A DNA stretch of 64,000 bases from Mytilus edulis (Eukaryota): positions 16,120,001 to 16,184,000 of the forward strand of contig NC_092346.1 in assembly GCF_963676685.1 (NCBI RefSeq), in the 5' to 3' direction. The notes below the pieces were generated by a model. It was not told the DNA's origin and did no database searches. It saw nothing but the letters and a program-made list of their open reading frames with translations. Position 1 is the first letter of the stretch. Each line of letters opens with the position of its first letter. A program made the translations under genes and the position numbers. Below are positions 11,624 through 23,221 of the stretch, one piece after another.

Positions 11624-13849
11624 CTAGGCATTGCCATTGTTTTTTTAGTGACTGTTGTCTATCTATTATGTTGCCATACAAAACAGATTTTAAAGGACTT
11701 TCAATTCATCAATGTGATAACATTCTTTTCTACATGTGTTACTTTGCTGTGTTTCAATGTTTTATTTTTACGAAATAATATTTATTTCGGTAATAAAAGT
11801 ATATAAGAATGAGTATAGTACGTAGATCATTATCGTTTAAGACTCCTACGAAATAAATAAAATGAAATGGGGAATGTGTCAACAAGACAACAACCTGACC
11901 AAAGAGCAGACAACAGCCGAAGGCCACCAACGGGTCTTCAATGCAGTAAGAAACTACTGCACCTTGGGGCGTGCTTCGGCTGGCCTTAAACAAAAAATGT
12001 ATACATGATCGAATGTCTATCTTGATTAACTACAACGGCGTTATTGGGAAATTGGTCCAAATGCAAACACTAAACATTTATCTGCAACTGCAATAGAAAA
12101 TGTCTTTTGCATAAGACACCAGAGGTTTTGCAAAGGTACTTTTGATTATGCCAGGTTGAATCCAACCAAGTCAGGAATATGACAGTTGTTATTCATGTGT
12201 TAGATGTGTTTCGGCTTTGATTGTACCTTTTGAATATGGTGTTTCCGTTTGGAATTTTCCTCGGAGTTTGGTATCTTTGATATTTGACTTGCTTTTTACA
12301 TACTGTATCAACATTGCACTCACCATCTGATGATCTACTTTAAAACGTCATGATTTACAAATTTGGTATCGTGGAATCTTGACTGCAAATAAATTGAAAC
12401 ATATGTTAAAACTCTCTCCATTAAGGAACAATGATATGTGTTCTTTCAGTGATGTATCTTGCATTAATTCATTTCATTAACTCATTTCACGTTGACTTAA
12501 CAATATCAAGACCGAAGCAGTAAAGATGATATTTAAGAAAGGTAAATGTGTATAAGAAGAAATATTGTCCCAACCGTACAATGTATGTCTTATTCTAACT
12601 TTAAATCAATCAACTATTATTCTGACCTAATCTTGAGTACTTAGCGACAACGCCAGGATAAATTTGTAAGTCCCCGACCAATCCAAAAACTGTTTTTAAC
12701 ATTGGTCGTAGATCAACACAAATAAAAAAAAGATCCGCTTATACGACAAATACAGTTCGAAACAAATATCCGTTTGAAATTTATCTATGTCAATTACAGA
12801 AGTAAACGCGTACTCTCAAACAATGACTTGGAAAGCAGAAGTAAGTTCACAAAACAAAATGGTCTAAATAAAAAATAAAGAACAAAATACACAAAAAAGC
12901 AAACATATTTTCGTGATCATTAACAATAAAACTTCTGAGGACATGATACAAACAATTCAATGGGAATATTTGTTCCAGAATGGTAAGATTTAAAAACATT
13001 TTCTTTAACAAAAATGTATACGTCAAATACGAAAAGTAGCATGAGTTCCAACGAGACAACTCTACATCCAAGTCTCAATTACTATAAATAAATATAATAG
13101 GTCACAATACGGTCGTCAATACTGAACCTTGCCTCACACTGAATAACAAACTAGAAATGACTATAATGATTGTAAAACCATCGGCATAATCAATATATTA
13201 AATGAGAAACGAAACACACGTATGTACCACAAACAAAATGACACCACAGAACATGACACCACAGTTCATGACAAGTTCATATTAAAAGAATAAAATAAAA
13301 AGTATTAAAAGAATATTTGGTCTAGTTTATGACACGTCTTTGTAATAAGTGTATATCATATGGGTTAATTAAAAACCCAAATATACATGAATCTTTGTAT
13401 TATTGCGATCTTTAAAGAAATCAAATATTTTAGATGGGAAATATTAAGAGAGGATTTTCTTTTTTGTGAAAAAAAGTTATGACAAAAATATGAATATAAT
13501 TGAATTTTATTGACATTTAAAGATTGTAATAATTTAATGATTTGTTTACATGTAACTATGCAACCATTGAATGCTAAATTATACCGTCATATCAAATATA
13601 CAGACCATGCAAGACCCTCGTGGACAGTCAAGATCATCAAACATCAACTAGTAGTAGTACACATGTTGTCCTATAAATAAAGACTTGTTAAATAGATTAA
13701 TGAAATGTTTTTAAACATTCTAACAACGTTCACCAACACGGTTTTTCAGATGTCATAACATTAACATGCACACTATGATTAGATATGTTTGAAACGAAAC
13801 GAAGCTACGTATTTGCATGTTTGTGCCCTGTTTATTATTTATTTTAGAC

Positions 13850-14082
13850 TTTGTTAAAATATGTCTGCATGTTGATTTATATTTACGAATGTTGTCCTTG
13901 TACCGATGATAAAATTTAGTGAATGTTTTGACAAGTTTGTGATATTGGAAACCCATGGTGTAATAATTTTTCAGTAACACAGATTTCTTTCGTTAAAATC
14001 AAATGCGTTGTTACATACACAAGCGATTCTAACAAGTTGAGATATATAAATACCATAAGATAGTGACAAGGGAACGCCACCA
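13850..14082 (-). pseudogene. Frameshifted fragment of a retroelement RT C-terminal/thumb region (Penelope-like)
   Basis: The - strand reads GGVPLSLSYGIYISQLVRIACVCNNAFDFNERN, then with frameshifts EKLL..GFQYHKLVKTFTKFYHRY. This resembles the SQxxR thumb motif of PLE RTs. Confidence 0.6.
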
Positions 14083-15201
14083 GCTAGTTTGGATACATGT
14101 TTTACATTGTTATAAATAAAATATGAGAATTTGATTCAAATCTGTGAACATAAATTTGACAGCTAGTGTCCCTTTAATGAAGATGGGCACAGCAATTATC
14201 TATATTTGAGAATTAGTATATTTGATACGCAAAACTTCCAACGCCCTTACTGAATTAATGTTAGCACACAAACATATTATAGAACGAAAGGTCACTGTAA
14301 AATGGTAAATGGAACATACTTTTGCCATTTCCTTCACACGACAGCTACGGGTGAAAACAATTAAACCTTTGCAATAGCAAAGCATGGTTGGGATACACTG
14401 ACGTGGAACGATGAGAGAAATTTCGCACAAAAGAAACACAATGGTATGAACACCCTCCCAACTCAAAATAAGCATCGTTATGAACTAAGAGAATCGTAGG
14501 ATTTAATCAAATTTTAAACAAAAAAACTCATTCGGAGGGAATGTGTTTCTATTTCTTGAATGTTGAAAATTAGTACCAACAATCAATTCAGAACTATTCT
14601 TTAAATTTATAAAAAATAAAACATGCGTTAGAAGTGGCAACTTTATCGAGAAACCTTGACATTTTTAAATAGTATAGTGGGTTGATTAACAACTGGTCTT
14701 TGTGTTATTGTTCCCCTATCAAATGTTCGAAATTGGCAACAATTAGAAAAATGAAATATGTTTCGTTAAAATTTAAAAATATACTGAACATAGTCGAGAT
14801 TTAAAGATTACAATGATTAAATGACAGCCTAAGTTTACTGAACTATTGAATTTTGAATATTTGTCGTATAATTACACAGTTTTTATGTTGAGAACTGCTT
14901 AATACGACTTGAAGAGAGAACAAACAAAACTGCAGTAAAGATGTGAAACAAAAGAGGGACGAAAGATACCAGAGGGACAGTCAAACTCATAGTTCTTATC
15001 AACAATATCATTATGTACAAGTTTTCGGCTTTGAAACATTGATTTATCATACAGATACTGACAAAGAATTGCTTCATTCCTTTTATTGTAACAAAATGTT
15101 GAACGTAAGCACACAATTTCTGATTACTAGGTTGTAAATACACTAAAGACGAAATATCCAACAATTTATATAGTGACATTGACACAGAGGTTAAAACACT
15201 T

Positions 15202-15500
15202 AAAACAAGAATGTGTCCCCAGTACACGAATGCCCCACTCGCACTATCATTTTCTATGTTCAGTGGACCGTGAAATTGGGGTGAACCCTCTAATTTGGCA
15301 TTAAAATTAAAAAGATCATATCATAGGGAACATGTATACTAAGTTTGAAGTCGATTGGACTTCAACTTCATCAAAAACTACCTTGACCAAAATCTTTAAC
15401 CTGAAGCGGGACAGACGGACGAACGAACGGACGGACGGACGAACGGACGCACAGACCAGAAAACAAAATGCCCCTCTACTATCGTAGGTGGGGCATAAAA
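15202..15500 (-). mobile_element. Helentron/HINE-like (DINE/Pearl-type) non-autonomous element
   Basis: Subterminal inverted repeats ATGCCCC/GGGGCAT, a (GACG/AACG)n microsatellite, a small terminal hairpin, and insertion in a T/A run. Confidence 0.7.
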
Positions 15501-16496
15501 AACAATGACTATAAATACGAACATCCGACGTATGTTTCATCTGCGGTAAAATAATCAATGGCACATGATTGAAAGCAGGAGGCTTAACTTTGCACATGAG
15601 AAAAATTATGGTCTTAAATTTTTTTTCAAAATTTAAAAATACATAAAAAAGCCAACATATTTTTAAATTTAAGGATCAATAAAAATATAATTTTTCTGTA
15701 CACACATAATTCGATGGGCATATATTTTCCGGAATATTGACGTTTTAAAATATTTTCATTAACTGAAAAATACTTTTTATTTTGAGAGTAAACAGTATTG
15801 CAATTATAAAAATAAACATGTAGACTCTATCGTATGAGAAGTCTTGGTAACTAGTTTATATCATGGGTTGATTTAAATAAAAAAATATACATGAACATCT
15901 CTTGTAGCAATGCTATCTGTGAGGAATTCAAATTTATGTAAGTAATAAGAAAAGGGTCTCTTTTTCGTAATAATGTTCTGTTTACTTGTAACTATGCATC
16001 AATTGAGTGCTTTAAAATTATACAGTCATATCAAATATACCGACTATGCAATCCCTAATGGAGAGTGAAGGTCACGAAACACCCACTACTTATAGTTATA
16101 TCAATATTGACTTGTTAAAAAATAATAATGATATGTTTTAAACACTTTAACAACGTAGTTTTACTAAAGATAGTCACTGAGGGGTCATAATATCGACAGA
16201 CACAATGGAGTGAGATGTATTTGAAGTGAGTTACGAACAAGCTGAAAGACATTTGAAAGGCAATTATTAATTAATTTGTTTTAAACCGTGACATTTTTTT
16301 GCAGCACATGTTTACTGTACCTTTAGTTTTCTACACCTTTAGATACTATACATTTATCTATTATATACATTGATAACATTTTAATTTATAATCGCTTTTT
16401 GGCGATTGACACAGTTATTGGCTGCAAAAGATAAGTATATTTTTTTGTTTTTTGTTTGTTACACACCAACTACATCGATCCTAACTGATTTATATA

Positions 16497-16845
16497 CTGT
16501 GGATTCATTTGTTTTCTAGGGTATCAATTCTCGTGGATTGAGAAAAAAATGCATTTTCGTCGTTTTTTGATTTCGTGGTATTGTCTCTGCATTTAACGCC
16601 TATTGAAAAAAAAGTAAAATCACAAAAATACTGAACTTAGAGGAAAATCAATTCGGAAAGTCCATAATCACATGGCAAAATCAAATAACAAAACGCATCA
16701 AAAATGAATGGACAAGAACTGTCATATTCCTGACTTGGTACAGGCATTTTCAAATGTAGAAATTTGTTATTCGTTGAACATTGGAAATCGTGGTTCAGCT
16801 GTTACCACGAACATTAATATTCAATGAATAATAATGAATGCACAG
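16497..16845. mobile_element. Tc1/mariner-type MITE carrying a nested repeat fragment (~16610-16760)
   Basis: TA-CTGTGGATTCATT ... AATGAATGCACAG-TA. Confidence 0.65.
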
Positions 16846-17775
16846 TATCAGAAACACCAAAATATGATAGAAAAAATGGTCACAGAAAAATTATGATTAA
16901 TGGAGCTTTATTTGTGCATCTTGCTAACACGACATCTACGGTTGAAAACAAGTATTCGTTGTAAAACATACAATCTATTACAGTAGTAAAGTCTCATAGT
17001 AATACACTGGCGTGGAAAGATTAAAATGTTTCGCACAAAAAAAAACATAGCGGTCTAAACCCCCGCCCCAATCCCAAGACAAATTAGTATGTTAAGAATT
17101 GAGGGGACGATACAATTTAATCACATCTTAAAACAAACACATAATTCGGAGGAAACGTGTGTTCTTTTAAAAATGTTGAGATTTAATACAATTTATTTTC
17201 GGAATTACTATTCAAAATTTAAAAATAAACCATGTTTTAATTTTACGTATTTGCACTATTTCATGGACACAACTCAACATTTCTGTAATAGATGTCCCAC
17301 GAGGACGCAGTGTATCAGTGTCATATCAACCCGATGGCTGGAGGCCAGAGTGTGATCTAACACTGACACACCAAGTCCGAATGGGATAAGTATTTTACAT
17401 CCCAGTTGTTTTAGATTAGACGAAAAACCATTTATAATTCACAAAACCATTATATTATACTTTATATATTACTATGTAATGTATACCAATTATGACCCCC
17501 GAACACGATGATTTAATATGAAACCATGTCAACTCGCTCCATTGGCCAATCGGCCCACACTAGCTCGCCACTATATAAAAAAATCCCCCAACTCTTGTTT
17601 ACCGACTCGCCCCACTTTTGAAAAAGTGTAAAATCAAATTAAACAATCAGTCTGGCAACTCACTTATTTACGAAAAGGGTTAAAACACCACTAAATAGAG
17701 GCCTGCCAACTCGCCCCACTTATGAAAATATCTTGCTTCCTTTATGTATGTTTAATTACTTTTAGTTGGTAACCA

Positions 17776-17847
17776 GTCGTCCTGGTGTAGTTGTATGTGT
17801 CGTGGGTTGATATGCTAAAGGTCTTGAGTTCGAATCCCAGCATAGAC
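17776..17847 (+). other. Degenerate tRNA-derived sequence (SINE-head-like), not a functional tRNA
   Basis: A-box-like TGGTGTAGTTG and B-box GAGTTCGAATCC at tRNA spacing. The stems do not pair fully. Confidence 0.55.
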
Positions 17848-18267
17848 ACTGGATTTTTTCTACATAAGTTTTGACAGATAGTCAAGTTAATTATAAGTTT
17901 TATAGTGGATTTGACATTCCCGCCAAAATGTTACAGAACGAAGGAAAGCAAGCAAAACAAAGAAACTCCAGCTGGGGTGATCTGGCAGGGGGATCCGGCT
18001 CAGATCACCCCTGGTAGAACAAAGGAGCTGGGATGTAAAATTGAGAATTTGTTTTCAAGTTCTAATTTTATGAATTATTTTTACTTACCAGTCAAGGAAT
18101 ATACATAAGGATTATCTCCCTTACAACGTTCTCATAACTCGCAACACCTGGATGATTTCAAATTCTATCTAACATTGATCATACGGGTGAAGGCCTCCTC
18201 AGTTTATCGGCTGGAACAAAATATTCCTTATACCGAAAATTATTTATAACTGGGGAGGTGGTGCGAG

Positions 18268-18380
18268 CCTTGACTGGTAAGTAAAAATAATTCATAAAAT
18301 TAGAACTTGAAAACAAATTCTCAATTTTATATATATCATATATATTTTTACTTACCAGTCAAGGAATATACATAAGGATT
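18268..18380. repeat. DIRS internal complementary region (ICR)
   Basis: It is the reverse complement of 18036-18095 joined directly to the reverse complement of ~23430-23488. Confidence 0.9.
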
Positions 18381-18636
18381 ACTACTGATTTCAAAGCAGT
18401 CTGAACCTTAGGAGGAGTGTTATAAATAAATTATCTCACCTGAAGAGACTTTCTACAACACATCTAATAACAGAAAACTTCTCTGTGATTCTTTGTCATT
18501 TCAACTTCATCATAAGTTCAAATGCAGTTCATAGTTAAAAACATATAAAAAACTTCCACCATATAAAAATGCTTCCACCAATAACATTTTAATGAATAAC
18601 AAAAAACATGCTGTGCAACTCGCCGAAAATATCAAC

Positions 18637-19630
18637 TTAGTCTATTTTCTGTAACACAATTACATCTAATTCACGCAAATAAAATCTACTAAAGGTAGAT
18701 TCCGAACTCCAATCTGCAGATTCTAAGATCGAATTGATAGATGCTCCTTTAAAGAATGCCCAAGTCGGACCAATAGCTTTTGTAGAATGTGCATGTATTT
18801 TCCCTTTTTTCCCTGAAGATTCAGAGTCAGAATAAGCCTGTTTAATAATTTGAACAATCCAATGTGAAATTGTCTGAGAGGTAACTGGTTTGTGAGGTTC
18901 ACATAAAGCTAAAAATAATTTCCTTCTTTGGTCCTGCTGTAATTTTTTTTCGCAACGGTTTTGTTTTATCTAAATATTGTAACAAACTTTTCCGTGGATC
19001 TAAAGAGGTATTCTCAGTGTATGTAGGTACGAAAATTTTTGCTCCAAAATGTTTCTCCCTATCCTGTTTGGCTAGGCCATGTCTTATAAACGTAATTCCT
19101 TTAGTCTGTATTCTCATGGAGCCTTCATCCGTTCTTAGTGCCTGCAGATAGCTACATCTCCTGAATGTAGTAATGGCAGTTAAGAATACAGTTTTTAAAG
19201 TCAAATCTTTTAAACTCATTTGTTCAACATTGTCAAAAGGACTATTTTCTAACATTCTTAAAACTATGTGCAAATCCCATTCAGGTAATAGTTTTGCAAC
19301 TGGAGGTCTTGTATTGAAAACACCTTTAATCAATCTAATTATTTTAGGATGTTGTCCAATTTGGAAATTATCTATAGGAGGTAATACTGTGGACAACATT
19401 GAGCGATATCCTGCAATCGTTCTGTATTGCAAACCACTATCAAATAAATATGATAAAAAATCAGCTATCTGACTTAAAGATATTTTATAGGGATCAATTT
19501 TCCTTGTACTACACCAGCTATTGAACCTTTTGAATTTTGAGCAGTAATCTTTTTGAGTCCCTTCCCGCCATGAGGCGGATAGTAACTCTCTAACCCCTTT
19601 AGAAAAGCCTTCTGTTGTAAACTTTGATAG
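18637..19630 (-). pseudogene. DIRS tyrosine recombinase (frameshifted)
   Basis: N-terminal SAM-like part (WREGTQKDY..F..WC) and LTLKTVFLTAITTFRR are in ORF 18899..20371. After a frameshift near 18950 it reads IHAHSTKAIGPTWA...ADWSSESTFSRFY, stop at 18637. Confidence 0.9.
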
Positions 19631-21625
19631 AAGCCATGCAGTCAGCTTGAAAACTTGTGGATTGGGATGATAAATCCGAGTTTTCGGTTGACATAACAAT
19701 TCTGAAATTACTGGTATCCTGATGGGAACTGCTATCAATAATTGAAGCAGCTCTGGGTACCAATGTCTCCGTGGCCATTGGGGAGCTATCAACAAAATCT
19801 GACACTGGTACTGCCTCATATATTGCAAGCCTTTTGGGATCAGACAGATTGGGGGATAAGCATAGGCGTACATTCTCTCCCATGAAATTGTCAAAGCATC
19901 CAGAGCTAAAGCTTTCTGATGTGGGATCCATGAACAAAAAATTTCTGTCTGACGATTGTCTATTGAGGCAAATAAATCTATGAGAGGAGTCCCCCAAATT
20001 TGAAATAGATTTTGAACCACAAGTTTGTTCAGAGACCATTCTGTATGTTGAATTTTGGTTCGACTGAGTTGGTCTGCTAAAATGTTCAATTTTCCAGTTA
20101 TATGAGCAGCCTTCAATCGAATATTGTTTTGAATTGCAAGATTCCATAAATCCCATGTTTGGTAGCAAAGAGTGGGCGATTTCGTCCCCCCTTGTTTGTT
20201 TAATATATATTGGACCACTGTGGTATTGTCCGATCTTATCAGAACATATTGACCTTTCAACTGATTTAGGAAGTGTTTCAGCGTTAAAAACACTGCTTCC
20301 AATTCTAGGGAATTTATATGTTTCTTGCTCTGCATTTCTGACCATTCCCCTTTAAAAATTTGATTGTTCATAAAACCCCCATACCCGGTTTTGGAAGCAT
20401 CTGTCGTTATATATGGTGACAGAAGTCTGAGCCAGTTGAAAATATTGGCCTCTCAGCGTGTTTGCTGAATTTTTCCACCAACTGAGATGTGATTTCAGAT
20501 GTGGTGTAACTGGGATCTTTATGGACAGATCTTGACAACTTGGTCTCCAAAATGAGAGGAGATGTAGTTGAATAGGTCCCATGAACAAGCGTGCATTCGG
20601 AATTAACTCTATGCAAGATGCCATTATGCCTAGTAATTGTAGGAAGTGAAATGCTGACACTGCATTCCCTGATGAAAGAATTAATATCGCCATATTCAGT
20701 TTGGCTATTCTTTCCTGAGTTGGGCAAACAAGCCCCTTGTCCAAATGAAACTGCCCCCTAGGTATATCAAGTTTTGAGTTGGTACTAGACTTGATTTTTC
20801 TCTGTTGATAAGAAAACCTAGTGACATTAGGAGATCGAGACATTTCTTCCGATCTTGATATAATTGATCCTTGTTTTGATTGACTACTAACCAGTCGTCT
20901 AGATAGACTGCTAGTCTCACATTTTGAGTTCTCAGAAACGCTGCTACTACCGAAACCATTTTTGTAAAGACTCTCGGAGCAGAAGTTGGTCCGAAACAAA
21001 GAACTTTCCACTGATAACACTGGTTCTGAACAGAAAATCTGAGAAATTTGCGATGTTTCTGAAATATTGGGATGTGTAAATAAGCATCGCTTAGATCTAG
21101 AGAAATGGCCCAGTCTCCTATTTTTACTAAATTTAATACTTTTGTGAGAGTGTCCATTTTGAAATGTATTTTCTTGAGATACCTGTTGAGGGGTCTGAGA
21201 TTTATTACTGGTCTCATTGTCCCATTCTTTTTGGGGACTAGAAAAAATGTACTGTAGAAACCTGTTGCTGCATCTTGCTGGCGAATAGGTTCTATAGCGT
21301 CTTTTTCTATAAGAGTATTTATTTCTTGGATTAAAATATCCGAGTCTTTTAAAGACACAGAGGTTTTCCGTATGCCTGTCCAAAATGGCATTTTTAGAAA
21401 CTCTAGTTTGTAACCCTCTGTTATTACTGACAAGACCCATTGATAGTCTGTTATTTTTTCCCAATTGTCCCGAAAAAATCTTAGACGACCCCCAACTGGT
21501 ATCTCGGCCTGATTCTGATAAATTATTACCTTCAACTCTGAGTCAGCTACTGTTTTTCTTTGGGATCCGAAAAGAATTCCAGTTGCCACCTGCTTTCTTT
21601 TCTTTATCTTTTTTCCCAAAGTCAT
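19625..21625 (-). pseudogene. DIRS pol: reverse transcriptase, RNase H and DAM-like methyltransferase domain (frameshifted)
   Basis: RT motifs FLVPKKNG.MRPVINLR, SLDLSDAY, FGPTSAPRVFTK and YLDDWL. RNase H motifs HINSLELEAV, SDNTTVV and NILADQLSR. MT motifs DLFAS and YAYPP. Split over three ORFs. Confidence 0.92.
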
Positions 21626-21847
21626 CAGTCTTATTGTCGTTCTGGAACTTCCTGGGAGCAGATCTCACAGAAGATTTATTATAATTAAAACCTGAGCGTT
21701 TATCAGCTGAATTAGCATTGTTATAATTAACATGAGTAGAACTATTATTAGAACTATATCTAGGAGCTTTATTTTGCCAATCTTGACGCACCTGAGTTGA
21801 TTCAAACTTTCTCTTATTATTGTTTTTCTACTCTGGTAACAGATCGT

Positions 21848-23221
21848 CTAGTTTTTACGTTGTTCTTTACGTTTCTCAAGTTTGTCTTCCAAACCTTTAC
21901 CAAATACACCCTCATTCGAAAGAGGTAAATACAACACTTTAGCCTGTATATCTTTCAAGTTATTTAAACCAGACTCAGTAGCTTCAGCTTTCCTGCGTAT
22001 CATATGGTTAAACGCCCCTGTGCGTCCTACCTGATCAAGAGACTTTGTCGGAATGGCAAACAAGTCCTTCACCATTTGACAAGTTTCATCACTTACATTT
22101 TCATTTTCAACCCTCTCTAATAAGGTTCCTAATGTTTGTTGCATATACAACACTGATATAATACTCATACGTGAAGCCACCTGCCCTTGATAGGCTAGAT
22201 TTTCTATCTGTTTTAAAGGTTGAGTAACCAATTGCTTGTGTTTGTCCCATGACTTAACACTATTTGTACCATGAACAGTTCTTATCATTTCATCTAATAA
22301 ATCATCCAAACTGGGTACTTGCAAAAAGCTTTTAGATTTATCATTAACCGGAAAACAACTACGGTATTCATCTTTAAAAGCAGTAAGTTTCTCTGGATTT
22401 TTAGTTCTCCAGGAACGTTCTAGAATTCTAACCTGCGCTTCATCAATGATCAAGCCACCTGAATTATCAGACGATTCTGAAGGAATATCTTCCTTGTAAA
22501 GCTTAGACAATAAATTTAAATTATCTGACTGCTTGTCTACAGTTTTATTGTTATTATTATCAATGTTACTTGTTTGTCTCTGATTTGACTGACTTTCAAC
22601 ATTGTTATTAGTTATAGTAGGTTGAGTTTGTAGATATTGGCTAAATCTTTCAACATTTCTAGATTTAATGCCAGCCTGAGAATAAACACTAACAGGACTA
22701 CCAAGGCCACGAGAATATTCATCCTCTGATGAACATAGACCAAGTAAATCAGCCTTTTCACGACTGTCTATATGAAGAGAAATTTCTGACCTATTGTCAA
22801 AATCAACATTTCTAATAATTTTAGGACTTCCCAAGTCCTCATCAAGATTTGCATTCAAAGAAATTACCGGTCTACGCTCCCCTGTACTTGGGACGTTATC
22901 CGAACTTTGTTCTTTCTGCGTGGCTAAACCACCAGATTGAGAAATGTCTGCAACAGTCGAACTACCTGTAGTAGCACATGACTTGTTCAAAACTGCAAAT
23001 AACATATCTATTTTCTTATCAAACCTGTCTTCCATACTGGTTAACTTATTCTCAAGTTCAGCCGTCTTCGACACGCGTTTCTTTTTCTTTGAAGAAGAGT
23101 CTTTTGTTGTCCTCGCCATTTTTTCCACGAGAAAATCACCCGTTGGTGTTTCACCTGCACTATCTGAATCTAAATTTTCAGCATTTGCGTCAGCAAGTGA
23201 GTGTCTATACTCTTCATCCAT
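21848..23221 (-). CDS. DIRS ORF1 (gag-like), 457 aa; C-terminus frameshifted into 21543..21791
   Basis: First long ORF after the ITR. Ends with the DIRS-gag-like LPLSNEGVFG motif followed by a basic tail. Confidence 0.8.
   Translation of the reverse strand: MDEEYRHSLADANAENLDSDSAGETPTGDFLVEKMARTTKDSSSKKKKRVSKTAELENKLTSMEDRFDKKIDMLFAVLNKSCATTGSSTVADISQSGGLATQKEQSSDNVPSTGERRPVISLNANLDEDLGSPKIIRNVDFDNRSEISLHIDSREKADLLGLCSSEDEYSRGLGSPVSVYSQAGIKSRNVERFSQYLQTQPTITNNNVESQSNQRQTSNIDNNNNKTVDKQSDNLNLLSKLYKEDIPSESSDNSGGLIIDEAQVRILERSWRTKNPEKLTAFKDEYRSCFPVNDKSKSFLQVPSLDDLLDEMIRTVHGTNSVKSWDKHKQLVTQPLKQIENLAYQGQVASRMSIISVLYMQQTLGTLLERVENENVSDETCQMVKDLFAIPTKSLDQVGRTGAFNHMIRRKAEATESGLNNLKDIQAKVLYLPLSNEGVFGKGLEDKLEKRKEQRKN

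Noticed and set aside
11406-11681. Minus-strand ORFs of 91 and 60 aa
   Set aside because: They are antisense shadows of the Pro-rich + strand exon.
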